A model generated the notes under the pieces. It had not been told where the DNA came from, ran no database searches, and worked only from the letters and a program-made list of their open reading frames with translations. A stretch of DNA of 62,062 bases, filler included, from Babesia bigemina (taxonomy: Eukaryota): assembly GCF_000981445.1 (NCBI RefSeq). It is 10 parts of 10 records of this genome, joined end to end, with 100 filler letters (N's around TTAATTAATTAA, not from the genome) between each part and the next. Parts side by side here need not be neighbours in the genome. Positions count along the whole stretch, not along the records: positions 45,846 to 52,438 come from NW_012237004.1; positions 52,539 to 59,808 come from NW_012237005.1; 8 more parts are not named here. One strand, 5' to 3'. Position numbers and translations under genes: made by a program. Position 1 is the first letter of the stretch. Each line of letters starts with the position of its first letter. Below, one piece after another: positions 47,230 through 58,783 of the stretch.

Positions 47230-47770
47230 CCGCTCCCCTCCCACTCCCCTCAACCTGCAAACATATCAATCACCTAAGCAGCACTCACCAACTAACACGT
47301 ACCACTGCCGCTACCAGTCCCCTCAACCTGCAAGCATATCAATCACCTACGCAAGCACTCACCAACACAACACGTGCCACTGCCGCTACCAGTCCCCTCA
47401 ACCTGCAAGCATATCAATCACCTACGCAAGCACTCACCAACTGCAACACTACCACTGCCGCTCCCAGTCCCCTCAACCTGCAAACATATCAATCACCTAG
47501 CAACGCACTCACCAACTGCAACACTACCACTGCCGCTCCCAGTCCCCTCAGCCTGCGAACATATCAATCACTCAGGCAGCACTCACCAACTGCAACACGT
47601 AACACTGCCGCGCCTAGTCCCTCAACCTGCGAACATATCAATCACCTAGCAAGCACTCACCAACTGCAACACGAACACTGCCGCTCCCAGTACCCTCAGC
47701 CTGCAAACATATCAATCACTCAAGCAACGCACTCACCAACTACCACGTACCACTGCCGCTCCCACTCCCC
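47230..47770 (-). repeat. ~75-bp intron/mini-exon-like repeat array (paralog of 45200-45745)
   Basis: CTGCAAACATATCAATCACCTAGCAACGCACTCAC units on +. Confidence 0.92.
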
Positions 47771-48287
47771 TCATGAACACTCACCCTCACCGCTGTATCC
47801 CCCCAGCCCGGGCCACCGACACCCACACTGCCCAGGATACCACAGCTACGCCTGACGCGACGCATGTGATCAGCACCAACTGTCACTTTAAATTATTAAA
47901 TATTCGCAACGCCGTAAAAATTGCAGCGACCCGTGCGCTCAACTCCCACAGTGCAGCAGCACCGTGCTACGAGCCGCGGTATCGGCGCCATACTGCCGGA
48001 GCGTGTCGGCTACGTGCCTAAATGTGATATTAACAATCGCTACATTGCCGCCTATAAATGCTACCTAACCAGGCCAACGCGGATTACTCCACCCTGCCAG
48101 TGACTCGCAACGCACGTCTAGGTCACCCGCCGCGGCCCTCACGACCGCCTACGTTAGCGGCCAATCACCCAGCCTCACGTGACACTGAGTCAATAGGCAA
48201 CGCGGACACCTCTCACAGTCGACGCACAACTCAACGCACCAGACAATCAACGTGCCACAACACGCACCAAATTACGGTTCATCCGCC
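47770..48287 (-). other. Conserved ~500-bp unique segment (paralog of 44706-45200) with a broken signal-peptide exon
   Basis: Strongly similar to the reverse complement of 44706-45200; same position relative to a class B ves 3' end. Confidence 0.8.
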
Positions 48288-48686
48288 AGCTTAGCACTTA
48301 GCCTGTGTGCTAGCTTATCAATTTGCCTGGTTGCTAGGTTAGCACTTTGCCTGTGTGCTAGCTTAGCACTTTGCCTGGTTGCTTGCTTACCACTTAGCCT
48401 GGGTGCTAGGTCAACACTTTGCCTGGTTGTCAGCTTATCACTTTGCCTGTGTGCTAGCTTAGCACTTTGCCTGAGTGCTAGCTTAGCACTTTGCCTGTGT
48501 GCTAGGTTAGCACTTTGCCTGGGTGCTAGGTCAACACTTTGCCTGTCTGCTAGGTTAGCACATTGCCTGGTTGCCAGTTTATCACTTTGCCTGGATGCTA
48601 GGTTAGCACTTTGCCTGGTTGCTAGGTTTGCACTTTGCCTGTGTGCTTGCTTAGCACTTTGCCTGGGTGCTAGCTCAGCACTTTGC
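48288..48686 (-). repeat. 24-bp tandem repeat array
   Basis: TTAGCACTTTGCCTG[G/T]GTGCTAG units on +. Confidence 0.95.
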
Positions 48687-48832
48687 ATTGTCGTTTAGTG
48701 ATAACCTAATCTAGGCGCTATTCAGTTCACAAATTGCCGCTAGAGTAATTCGAGACATTAGACTACGTTTTTCGGTTAGGTGAGTAGGTGAATTATTACG
48801 TGAGTTGATGTGAATGACAAATGTGAATACAA

Positions 48833-51800
48833 TTACGGTTGTAGGTACGATATCTTGGCAAGCCTTCCGACTTGCGCTGCTGCCAACAATGACTGCGCCG
48901 TTATCCTGTGCGATGATGGTATCCTCAGGTGTGAGCGGATGTGGAGCACATCCAGTCTGCCAACCATTACGCAGATGAGGTAGAAGAGGGATAGTGACCA
49001 AAGTGCGACGTTGAGCCATATAAACGGCTGTCTGATGGTGAAGATATATTTGTCGCACTCCTTGAACAAAGCTGTGAAATGTGTTGATTGCAGTACATTT
49101 TTCAGTTGTATGTAAAAATGATGGCAGTAACTCTTACTGCTATCGCCGTGCAATTTAGTCGAATCGCCAAATGTGAATCCGTAACTGTAGAAGGTACTAC
49201 TTACACCGCGGCATTCGACAAGTCCACGACACTGACAGTTCTCAATGCCGTGCTTACCGCGAGAACATTTGGTGCCATGCGTACAACGACTGCATCCCCA
49301 GTCGCGGCAGGAGATATTGCCGAATGAGTCCAGCAGTGATTTCAAGCAATCGTACAATGCCAATGGTAAATAGAGAGCCCATGAAAAATACAGTTCTGAA
49401 TGCTTCTCGGCGAGATAGGTGTATGAATCCTCGCATAGAGATTTAAGATACGGAGCGCAATGAAGCTTATCGCTACTAGCAAACGTACATGGCGTCGATA
49501 CCGAAAGCGTGGACAGGTCGGCTTCTGAGTATTTGGCATGTCTGGAGCTGTCGTGGCTGCGATAAGCTTTCTGAAGCGCATTCGTGAAGTCACTCGTGTC
49601 CTTGTACAGTTCAATAGACATCTCTTTAATCGCCGTTTCAAATGATGTTTTGACGGCACTGTCGTTGACGCCTTTGCTATTCTCCAGCATACGCACTAAT
49701 GTAGATACAAACTGGTAGTGTTCTGGTAACGTAGATGGCGGTTTGGGCATCAAGCAAAGCAACGATGAATATTGCACATCGAAGAAGAATTTGGTTAGCG
49801 CTTTGCATAAGTCTTTACCTGTCTTCATACTACCTGAAAAGCCACGGAAGCCGAGAGGAGTAATGCACGGTTGCCCAGGGAGAACCTTAGGACACGTCGC
49901 ACATTTGGCCTTGCAACCGATGCTGCTTACCTGGTGAGGCAAGTGGCCGGTAAGGCAATCGGACAAATAAGACTGAAGTGGCGACGTTGGTTGGCACTTT
50001 GCCTGGCACTTTGGTTGACCATCTGCTTGGCACGCTGCTTTGCCCGTTGAGTGATCATTACACTGCGATTTGGATGACTCTACGCCTTTACCGTACCAAC
50101 AGTCGGACCAACCGCGATGTTCGGCAGTCAACTCACACTGACTGTGCAAGAAGTTGAGCGATGGCAATAAACTACGGAGGATGTCAAGCAGCATTTGTAG
50201 GCAGTCGTCGCCTTTGGACGGGTAGTGTAGATTTAGTGAATTACTGCAAAAGTCGACGGCGTACATGGAGTACGCGTCTCCGGTGCCGAGGATTGCAGTC
50301 AGCAGATCGTAGGATCTCAGACAGAGGTGGCGCACTGCCTTTACGCTATTGCCATACGTGATGTTACTCGGGTACGCGTTCAGGTATAAGGAATCTGGCG
50401 TGACTAGCGTGAACTCATGGTCCTCGCCGGCTTCCGTCGTTTGCTTCTTTGGATCCTCGAATAACTCACTCATCGTGTCACGCAACAACGCATCATATAC
50501 AGAATTGCACGGCAACCCACACAACCAGCACAGCATTTCAAACACGGAAGATGGTTGTCGCTTCGCAGCGAAAGTGGACTGGTGACAGACTTCATAATAT
50601 GTTTCGATGCAGTTGTGCAGAGTTTTAAGTGGACCGTTGTCCTTATCAGCATCATGATGTCTGTAGACACGGCCATCGGCATTCTTAACGAGGCTTTTGT
50701 AAACATGCCAGCCTAGCATACCATCTCCGTTCCGCAACTGGCCGTCTTGTATGTCCTTGGATACGACGTATCCGTTGTTGCCGAGAAAGTGTCCGATTGG
50801 TGTCGATTGATTTATCTTGTCAGACCTCCACATGGTACCGGAGTACTTCCTCACTGTGTTCAACACATTGTATGACGTCGAAACTACGGTCAAGCAGACC
50901 TTACTTAACTTGGTTCCGTACGCTGTTAATTTCCCTTTTTCTTCAAGGTTAGCACCAAACCTCTCACTGTCGTAGGTCGAGATGTACGCATTGTTGAGCT
51001 CCGTTGCCGAAGTCGTGAAACCGTTCTTCAGAGCATTGAGAAGCGAAGGGGTATTCCCTTCACCATATAATGAAGGCTTCAATTCACTGAGCGTTACTTT
51101 CAGCGCCGATAGATTTCGAGAAAACTCGTGATTGAAGTACTCCGAAGTGACAAGATCTCCGAACAACTTAGCCAGCGCGTCACGTGTTGGCTTAATTTTT
51201 TCATAGTCCGTTTTGAAGTCCGGCTGCTTCTCTAGATCATGCAAAAACCTATTTAGGCTTCCAAAGAACTTTGCTGCCGCCTGACTCATTGGTGATTTTT
51301 CTTGCGCAACGGGCTTAGGATTTATGTCTTTGATGGTCTTGATTGACTTTTCGTGCGTTACGAAGTGCTTCTCAAATTTCTTCATGAACCCCTTGTAACC
51401 GATGTCCAAATCGTCGGTGATTTCCTTAGGTAGAGGCGCCAACTCCTTCTCGGCTTTCTCCGCGAACTCTAGCAGAATGGCTTTCACTGACGTGACGTAG
51501 TTCTTGTTGACTTGGGTGATGAGATCGTTCTGGGCTTCTTCGACGTTGGAGCTTACTACGCCTCTGATTGACGTGATTGTTGCCTGGGCTGTTGGATCGG
51601 CGCTGGTGAGGAAGTTCTCAGCATCCCTGATTGCAGCGCTTAAATCAAAGGTTTGTAGCTCACCAAGTTTGTTCTTAATACGCGCCAATTTCTCCTTTAT
51701 CGTCGTATTGAGCAATGCCCTGAGATTATCCACGCCGTATGTGCCTTCAGTTTTGATGGCCTCGCAGAGCTGTGTGAGATTCTCCTTCACCGCTTCGAAC

Positions 51801-52438
51801 TGTTTGAGAGCTGCCTCATCAAAGGTGGTGAGGATTCCCAGGTTATCGGTAACCTGGGTTTGTATGTCACTGAGAGCGTTGGTGATGTCTTGCTTGATGG
51901 TCTCGAGGCCCTTGGTGGATGCTTGATCAGGCCAGGTTTCATTATTGGCAAAGCCGGCGTCATGCAGATCTTCCAATCTGTTGATCACGTCCTTCTTGTC
52001 ACTGTTGAGCAAGATGTTATTTCGAAGGTTGGTGAGCTCAATCCCAATGTTGCCGATGCCACCGGTGATTGTGATGCTTCTGTTCAGACTGTCTTGATGC
52101 AATTGCCGAATAGCAGTAGTGATCGTTTGGAGGCCAGACACTTTACCAGTTCCGTGTGATCTCCAATTCGACGTATCACCAAGACCGTTGCTTAGCAAAA
52201 CCATGTAATCTTTGATACCATTTTTGTCACCGCTGTAACCGCTAGGAGTATTGCCGTTGTTCTTGCTCTTATCAATGAACCAAGCGGCCTCCTTCAGCTC
52301 ACTTATAATCGTAGTTACATGCATTTTAACAGCTTTCTCAGCATCATCAATAGCGCCATTCGTGAGTCTTTGGGCAGTTTGTTCTTTATCTCTGAAAGCC
52401 TCCAGTTTCTCGAAATCTTTAAGCGCGCCATTAACGTT
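48833..52438 (-). CDS. ves1: ves-like gene, tail class B, 5' truncated by gap
   Basis: Frame open from the gap (NVNGALKDFEKL...) to ...QVGRLAKISYLQP; SPLQSYLSDCLTGHLPH and CITPLGFRGFSGS motifs. Confidence 0.88.
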   Translation of the reverse strand, partial: NVNGALKDFEKLEAFRDKEQTAQRLTNGAIDDAEKAVKMHVTTIISELKEAAWFIDKSKNNGNTPSGYSGDKNGIKDYMVLLSNGLGDTSNWRSHGTGKVSGLQTITTAIRQLHQDSLNRSITITGGIGNIGIELTNLRNNILLNSDKKDVINRLEDLHDAGFANNETWPDQASTKGLETIKQDITNALSDIQTQVTDNLGILTTFDEAALKQFEAVKENLTQLCEAIKTEGTYGVDNLRALLNTTIKEKLARIKNKLGELQTFDLSAAIRDAENFLTSADPTAQATITSIRGVVSSNVEEAQNDLITQVNKNYVTSVKAILLEFAEKAEKELAPLPKEITDDLDIGYKGFMKKFEKHFVTHEKSIKTIKDINPKPVAQEKSPMSQAAAKFFGSLNRFLHDLEKQPDFKTDYEKIKPTRDALAKLFGDLVTSEYFNHEFSRNLSALKVTLSELKPSLYGEGNTPSLLNALKNGFTTSATELNNAYISTYDSERFGANLEEKGKLTAYGTKLSKVCLTVVSTSYNVLNTVRKYSGTMWRSDKINQSTPIGHFLGNNGYVVSKDIQDGQLRNGDGMLGWHVYKSLVKNADGRVYRHHDADKDNGPLKTLHNCIETYYEVCHQSTFAAKRQPSSVFEMLCWLCGLPCNSVYDALLRDTMSELFEDPKKQTTEAGEDHEFTLVTPDSLYLNAYPSNITYGNSVKAVRHLCLRSYDLLTAILGTGDAYSMYAVDFCSNSLNLHYPSKGDDCLQMLLDILRSLLPSLNFLHSQCELTAEHRGWSDCWYGKGVESSKSQCNDHSTGKAACQADGQPKCQAKCQPTSPLQSYLSDCLTGHLPHQVSSIGCKAKCATCPKVLPGQPCITPLGFRGFSGSMKTGKDLCKALTKFFFDVQYSSLLCLMPKPPSTLPEHYQFVSTLVRMLENSKGVNDSAVKTSFETAIKEMSIELYKDTSDFTNALQKAYRSHDSSRHAKYSEADLSTLSVSTPCTFASSDKLHCAPYLKSLCEDSYTYLAEKHSELYFSWALYLPLALYDCLKSLLDSFGNISCRDWGCSRCTHGTKCSRGKHGIENCQCRGLVECRGVSSTFYSYGFTFGDSTKLHGDSSKSYCHHFYIQLKNVLQSTHFTALFKECDKYIFTIRQPFIWLNVALWSLSLFYLICVMVGRLDVLHIRSHLRIPSSHRITAQSLLAAAQVGRLAKISYLQP

Positions 52439-52538
52439 NNNNNNNNNNNNNNNNNNNNNNNNNNNNNNNNNNNNNNNNNNNNTTAATTAATTAANNNNNN
52501 NNNNNNNNNNNNNNNNNNNNNNNNNNNNNNNNNNNNNN

Positions 52539-55500
52539 CTGCAAAAAAAACTAAGAGACAATGTACAGAGGGTGGAATTGGAGGTTGAAAAGTTTTCAAA
52601 AGCTGCTAGCAACACTGAGTTGAGAGCGTTGCTGAAGGAGGGAGAGATGGAGTTCAAAAGCTTAAAAGATAGCGTAAAAGAAAAAGTGCTTAACCGCGTA
52701 CACGAAATGGGAAATGAAATTGAAAGACAGTTTAATGCACAAATTGAGAAACCGATAAAGAATGTTGATATAGAACTGAAGAAGGTCAAAACAGATTTGC
52801 ATGGTTGGATCCAGAAAGCGGAGGGTGCCGTAAACGCAGTAATATGGAGGTGCGATCAGGTATTGGAAAAAGTTAAAGAAAAAAGTCCAGGTCCTATGAA
52901 AACTCCAATTGGAATGGCAGCTGAGAAATTGCAGTCTGAAGCACTTAGGCTGCGTGATGCAGCGGAGCAAACTGTATCGGCGGTTAAGGTAAAAGTTGAA
53001 AATGCTGAGTTTCAGTTGAAAATCTTGAATAATTCTCTCAAGAAAGATCTCGCCAATGTAAAATGGGAAATTATGAAGAAAATAACGGGCGTTAAGACGG
53101 CGATTGGATATCTCCATAACACTGTTACCGGCAACGTGGGACTAGTGGATGTGAAGAACAAAAAAATTGAGAAGGTGATAGAACATATTAAGAATGCTGT
53201 TGAGGGAATAAAGGGGCATGTTGGTGATTCAAAAAAACCTGAATACAACAACCCAAAGGATGTAAGCATATATTACAATTGGGATGATATCAGAGAAACC
53301 ATTGGCGACTATGTCGCTAAGATTAAAGGTGAAAAGGGCAAAGGTGCACTTCACAATACCGAAGGTCTTACTCAAATAGTTACTGGTATAGGTGAGTATG
53401 CAAAGGCCTTTGGCGCTTACCTGGAGAGTCAGGTTCATAGTAAGTGGTTAAATGAAATCGTTGAAGAAAAAGACGGTGCGTTGAATAATCAGATTTATTC
53501 GTACGTTTACAGTAAATCAGAAATATCTGGCGTCGGTCACAATGAGAAAGCTGCAAAAGTTAAAAGAGCGATTAAGAGTGCACTTCCAGGTGTTATTAAC
53601 GGACTAATCGAACAAGTTGCTATGGAGTCCGGTGTAAAAAGCGCGACAACGGAAGACATCGCTAATACATACAAGACATTTGTTGAAGAAATTAAGAATA
53701 AGATTGCAGATGACTCACTTGTTAAGGCGGCGGTGTTGTTAGTTGAGGGCGAGTTGGGAGTAGGAAACAGTAATCCGGATACTCCTACATACAATGCGTT
53801 GAAATATGTGCTCTACACAATCCTTAAGTCATTGGAAAACAGCATTCAACGAATTGCTTCCGAGATTAACAAATTTGCCGATGACGCTAAAATAGCCACC
53901 CTTAATACGATTATAGCAAACGTTGACAGAATCAGAGAGCAAGTTGACAACAGACGTAAACTCGACTACGAAAAATACCTCGGCCATAAAATCGACACGG
54001 CGTTGAAAGCAGCTCACGAAAAAATTAAAACGCTGCATGATAATCTTGGTGTGGCGCTTGACCCAGGTTCTACCGATGACAACCCTAGTAACGCTAAATT
54101 AGTCGATCAAGCAATTGACTGCATGAAGGAGACGCTTGATACACAACTGCCGTGGTATGCAAGCAGTCATGTTGATACAGGATTCCCACTTCTGCAGAAT
54201 GGTGAAGTTTCCCTTCAGACATTGACGACATACGAAAATGCTAAAGACGGCACAGGCGTAAGGAAGACGCTAGAGACAGCAATCAAGGATATTGAAGACA
54301 AAGGGCTGAGAAAACTGGAACTCATCGGTCGAAACCCAAGTCCTGGAGTTAATATGATTGACGAGCAAACCTTCACGTCTCAGGTCACCATTGTCAAAGA
54401 ACAACTAGCAGTGCTTGCTGGGTTGGTTAAGAGAGGCGAGGGAACAAAACCAGCAGGAAACGACGAAAATGGTATGCAAGATTACTTGCAAGATTTAAAA
54501 GAGCTGTTTGGAGATCGTGAACACAAACTCACTACAACAGGTTTCAAAGGTTCGACTGTGAAAGGCCTCGAAAAAATTTGGAAGCACGCTCTCACTATAC
54601 TTGGTAATGATGCGAATGACAGCAAGCCTAACACATTGTCCACGATAATTCATAAAGCTACCAATTTCTACACGTCTGTCATCGCTCCCGCAGCTACCGA
54701 AACCATCAACGGAATCAAGGTTTTCATCGAAGAGCAAGTTGCCGCAAAAATTAATAGTATTCAAGAAACAGCCAGAACTGTATATTATCTGAAAATTACC
54801 GACATGTTTCATACGATGCGGAATAGAGTTACTACCAACATAAATACAATTAATGAAAAAATTGCTGAAAACTTGTCCACCGGCGTAAAGGGATTATTTA
54901 AAAATATGCATACGCACAAAACCATCATAGATACTGTCGCCAGTAAATCTGATTTTGTCCCCGCCTCCATCCAGTTTTGCCCCTTCCTCACCAAACTCAT
55001 CGACTACGTGAATGGCGATGTTAAGAAAATCGACGAAAATTTCGGCCGTATCAGCAATCTCAACATTCATGTCAAAAACCTCTTCCTCGGACTATCAGAA
55101 TTCAAACATTTTAACAACGAAGTCTCCCTCCGCCTCTCCACCCTCTCCTCCGCTACCTCCGCCCTCGACCCCCAAGCGCTCCCGGACGCAGGACGGCCCG
55201 TGCTCAGGGCGCTGCAGCAGGGGATGATGGGATTCGTCGGAGAGCTGGGGAAGGGGTATGTGAATAGGTATGATGGAGGTGAAAGTATTAAAGAGTGGGT
55301 TAAAAGAGACGGTGAAAAAGATGTTTTGACGCCTGAAGGAAAAAATGGCGCTAAGGTGTTTTTGACGCTGCTGGAGATACTGGGTCATGACCTAACGATG
55401 CTGAGGAATGAATGCAAGCTAAATTGGAAAAAACAGAAAGTATGTCTTAAGAAATCGAACGGAAACCGCTATGAACTTGGTCGCTTCCTCAAAGATTGCG

Positions 55501-57554
55501 GTTACGGAGTGCCAAGCCAGGAAGGCAAGCAGGACGATGAGTTGAAGTGGAAAGATGAGTGGACCAGTGAGAAAATTGTTAGCAGACTGGAAACGGTTAT
55601 TAAAGCGGCCGAGACAGTTACACATCTTCAAAAGTGTGAGACAAATCTGAATGAACATCGTACACCAAAGAAGACAAATAACATTGACATCTTCGACATC
55701 ATTGAATGTATCATGTCTCACCTTAAAGAGTACTACCGCGTTGGACACCTAGCCACATTAAACGCGAAGAAACATCCGTTATCTATTTACGACATGTTGC
55801 AATGGCTCACCGGCATTCCGAATAATCCCGTGTATGTAGATTTGTCTGCCGACGGTTTCGATAGCCTGTTCGATAAGCCTAAAGCGGACTCCACAGACAC
55901 CGAAGACGGTGATATCACTGTTGATCCCAACGTCGAATCGTTGAATACTTACAAGGAAACAATCACTCCAGTGTTACTATCAGGTGTATTAACAGAGGTA
56001 TGCGCACAATCGCATTCGGTGCTCACCGCCGTGCTAGGTCACGGCCACGCGGGAGGTCGTTACGCCTGTGAGTTCAACACAAATACTGACGGCTTTATGT
56101 ACCCAAGTGACATGAACGCGCTAATCTGTATGATGTTCGAAATTGCAAAGCGCCTTCACCACCAGCTCTATTTCTTGTATCGGCAGTGTCATGATGGCAC
56201 TGACCTCAGCGGTTGGTCCGACTGTTGGTATGGTAATTCAATTGCCGGATCATCTTGGAAGTGTAACACCATCCAATGTCCAAACCAAACGTCCAACCAA
56301 ATGGAGAACCAAAAGCACAACCAAAGTTGTGACCAAAAGTGTAACCAAACAGCTAACTGCGGACTCAAATCTCCTCTTCAATCTTACTTGGAAGATGGTC
56401 TTCACGGCTTCTTGCCTCATCAACTCAAAGTTGAAAGGGGGCAACTTGTATGTTCAGTGAAGCACTCTAATATGCCTTGTAAGACTCCCATGGGATTTGC
56501 CGATATTAGTTACATGGCATCGCATAGGCAGCAGGGTAAGCATCTAAAGGAAGTGCTATTTGACTTCTGCAGCGAGGAATGGTCTGCTCTAAGTAGGCTT
56601 TGCGGTATTCTCAACTGTTTGCTGCCCAGCGCCCCCAAAACGCTGCAAGACATGTTTGGGTTCTACAATACGTTCCTCAGTGGATGGAGTAAGACTGTGG
56701 AGCGTGAGTTCAACAAAGCGGCAAGTGAGGCAAACTTCAATCGCGATAATGCATCGTTGGAGATCCGACCAATATTCAGCAGCAGCGATCATGGTGAATC
56801 AAACAACATGCCGCATCTTAAAGGTGATCTTTATTCTCTCGTTAACTGTAAGTATAGTACCAATGCTCACCCAGCGTATCCATGCGGCCCGTATTTGCGG
56901 CCAATGTGCTACTATAGCTGCGGCATCTTCGCGGCGAAGCACAATGACAAATATCTCTCTTGGATTGTATACTTGACAGAGACATTCCACAATCTGTTAG
57001 AGCAGTTGTACAACGATTGTTGTAAAAATTGCGGGTCCTCAACATCCAAGTGCCGTGTTAGCAAATGTGCCGATGGTTGCGGAGCGAAGGCCAAGCCAGA
57101 CAATCTAGTCGCCACCCACAAGGAGACGTGTAATTCAATTGTACACTGCAAATTAATGCGGCCGACCTTATTCAGATACGGTTTCGTATATAGAAACATA
57201 CGCAGCTTGAGTGGCGTTGATACAGTACAAGCTAAACGCACATGTAAAGATTTCTGTGACGCGTTAGAAAAGGTTATTAACAAGCAAGAAAAATTACACC
57301 GTGCGCTAGCCGAATTAGTATATCGCACAATTCCTAATTACCTGTTCCAGATCCGCTTCCCCTTCATGACCTTAACCCTTTCCCTCTGGCTCCTCTCTTT
57401 GCTGTACCTCCTCCACATCATGGTCATCCGCCTCGACCTGCTCCACATCAAATCGCATTTGCATAGTCCGTCGAGTCATCGCATAGCTGCTCAATCACTG
57501 CTCGCTGCTGCACGTGTTAACAAGCTTAACAGAGTGTTTTACCTGCAACCATAA
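52539..57554 (+). CDS. ves1: ves-like gene, tail class A, 5' truncated by gap
   Basis: Frame open from the gap (LQKKLRDNVQRVE...) to ...ARVNKLNRVFYLQP; CGLKSPLQSYLEDGL. Confidence 0.88.
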   Translation: MQKKLRDNVQRVELEVEKFSKAASNTELRALLKEGEMEFKSLKDSVKEKVLNRVHEMGNEIERQFNAQIEKPIKNVDIELKKVKTDLHGWIQKAEGAVNAVIWRCDQVLEKVKEKSPGPMKTPIGMAAEKLQSEALRLRDAAEQTVSAVKVKVENAEFQLKILNNSLKKDLANVKWEIMKKITGVKTAIGYLHNTVTGNVGLVDVKNKKIEKVIEHIKNAVEGIKGHVGDSKKPEYNNPKDVSIYYNWDDIRETIGDYVAKIKGEKGKGALHNTEGLTQIVTGIGEYAKAFGAYLESQVHSKWLNEIVEEKDGALNNQIYSYVYSKSEISGVGHNEKAAKVKRAIKSALPGVINGLIEQVAMESGVKSATTEDIANTYKTFVEEIKNKIADDSLVKAAVLLVEGELGVGNSNPDTPTYNALKYVLYTILKSLENSIQRIASEINKFADDAKIATLNTIIANVDRIREQVDNRRKLDYEKYLGHKIDTALKAAHEKIKTLHDNLGVALDPGSTDDNPSNAKLVDQAIDCMKETLDTQLPWYASSHVDTGFPLLQNGEVSLQTLTTYENAKDGTGVRKTLETAIKDIEDKGLRKLELIGRNPSPGVNMIDEQTFTSQVTIVKEQLAVLAGLVKRGEGTKPAGNDENGMQDYLQDLKELFGDREHKLTTTGFKGSTVKGLEKIWKHALTILGNDANDSKPNTLSTIIHKATNFYTSVIAPAATETINGIKVFIEEQVAAKINSIQETARTVYYLKITDMFHTMRNRVTTNINTINEKIAENLSTGVKGLFKNMHTHKTIIDTVASKSDFVPASIQFCPFLTKLIDYVNGDVKKIDENFGRISNLNIHVKNLFLGLSEFKHFNNEVSLRLSTLSSATSALDPQALPDAGRPVLRALQQGMMGFVGELGKGYVNRYDGGESIKEWVKRDGEKDVLTPEGKNGAKVFLTLLEILGHDLTMLRNECKLNWKKQKVCLKKSNGNRYELGRFLKDCGYGVPSQEGKQDDELKWKDEWTSEKIVSRLETVIKAAETVTHLQKCETNLNEHRTPKKTNNIDIFDIIECIMSHLKEYYRVGHLATLNAKKHPLSIYDMLQWLTGIPNNPVYVDLSADGFDSLFDKPKADSTDTEDGDITVDPNVESLNTYKETITPVLLSGVLTEVCAQSHSVLTAVLGHGHAGGRYACEFNTNTDGFMYPSDMNALICMMFEIAKRLHHQLYFLYRQCHDGTDLSGWSDCWYGNSIAGSSWKCNTIQCPNQTSNQMENQKHNQSCDQKCNQTANCGLKSPLQSYLEDGLHGFLPHQLKVERGQLVCSVKHSNMPCKTPMGFADISYMASHRQQGKHLKEVLFDFCSEEWSALSRLCGILNCLLPSAPKTLQDMFGFYNTFLSGWSKTVEREFNKAASEANFNRDNASLEIRPIFSSSDHGESNNMPHLKGDLYSLVNCKYSTNAHPAYPCGPYLRPMCYYSCGIFAAKHNDKYLSWIVYLTETFHNLLEQLYNDCCKNCGSSTSKCRVSKCADGCGAKAKPDNLVATHKETCNSIVHCKLMRPTLFRYGFVYRNIRSLSGVDTVQAKRTCKDFCDALEKVINKQEKLHRALAELVYRTIPNYLFQIRFPFMTLTLSLWLLSLLYLLHIMVIRLDLLHIKSHLHSPSSHRIAAQSLLAAARVNKLNRVFYLQP

Positions 57555-57677
57555 TCGTACTCACGTGTTTACTACCTACACTCACCTAGCATCACCTACT
57601 CACCTAACCTATGAATTGTGCTTTAATCTGTTTTATCACTCATTAACCGCTGTATGTGATTGTGTAGTACTTAACTA

Positions 57678-58550
57678 AAGTGCTGACCAATGTGCTGACC
57701 AACGTGGTGACCAATGCCATGACCAACGTGGTGACCAACGTGTTGACCAATGTGCTGACCAATGTGCTGACCAACGTGCTGACCAAAGTGCTGACCAAAG
57801 TGGTGACCAAGGTGCTGACCAAAGTGCTGACCAAAGTGGTGACCAAGCACCTGACTAAGTTAGTGGTCACGGCAGCGATGACATGGTTACGGCAGCGATG
57901 ACATGGTCACGGCAGCGATGACATAGTTACGGCAGCAATGACATGGTCACGGCAGCGATGACATGGTCACGGCAGCGATGACATGGTGGCCAAAGTGGTG
58001 ATTATCATCCACTCTTCATCGCTCCCTAATCCACTCTACATCGCCCCTTAACCCACTCTACATCGCCCCTTTATCCACACTACATCGCTCCCTAACCCAC
58101 TCTACATCGCTCCTTAACCCACCCTACATCGCTGCCTTATCCACTCCACATCGCCCCTTTATCCACTCCACATCGCCCCTTATCCACTCTACATCGCTCC
58201 CTAACCCACTCTACATCGCCCCTTTATCCACTCTACATCGCCCCTTAACCCACTCTACATCGCTCCTCTATCCACTCCGCATCGCCCTTTACCCACTCTA
58301 CATCGCTCCCTAACCCACTCTGCATCGCTCCTTTATCCACTCTACATCGCCCCTTTACCCACCCTTCATCGCTCCCTTATCCACTCCACATCGCCCCTTT
58401 ATCCACTCTACATCGCTCCCTTATCAACTCTACATCGCTCCCTTATCCACTCTACATCGCTCCCTAACCCACTCTACGTCGCCCCTTTACCCACTCTACA
58501 TCGCTCCCTAACCCACTCTACATCGCCCCTTAACCCACTCTACATCGCCC
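57678..58550 (+). repeat. Complete intergenic repeat stack: 12-bp (57678-57863), 20-bp (57864-57987), junction, 22-bp (58008-58550)
   Basis: All three arrays contiguous between two head-to-tail ves genes. Confidence 0.95.
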
Positions 58551-58783
58551 AAATTACCTTGTCATTATACCGCTATGACCTTCTTAAACCATTTTAATAA
58601 CTTGTGCCTTGTCACCCTTCACTTCCCTCTTCCACCTTTTGCCACTGCCATGTCCCATCATGTTCACCCTAACTCCAAATCTCTCTAATTACTTCGTCTT
58701 ATTAACGCTATGACCTCCATTAAACATTATAATAACTTGCTGATACTGACCATTCTCTTACTGACGATGCTACTAGAAGAGCC

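Noticed and set aside
46818..47855. 345-aa mucin-like ORF on + (and 44867-45523 on -)
   Set aside because: Non-ATG start, antisense to the Cys-rich ORF and to the splice-signal strand of the 75-bp repeat.
43956..48833. Large inverted duplication or transposon with terminal inverted repeats
   Set aside because: The two arms are on different contigs separated by the 45746 linker, and both have the same orientation relative to their own ves gene.
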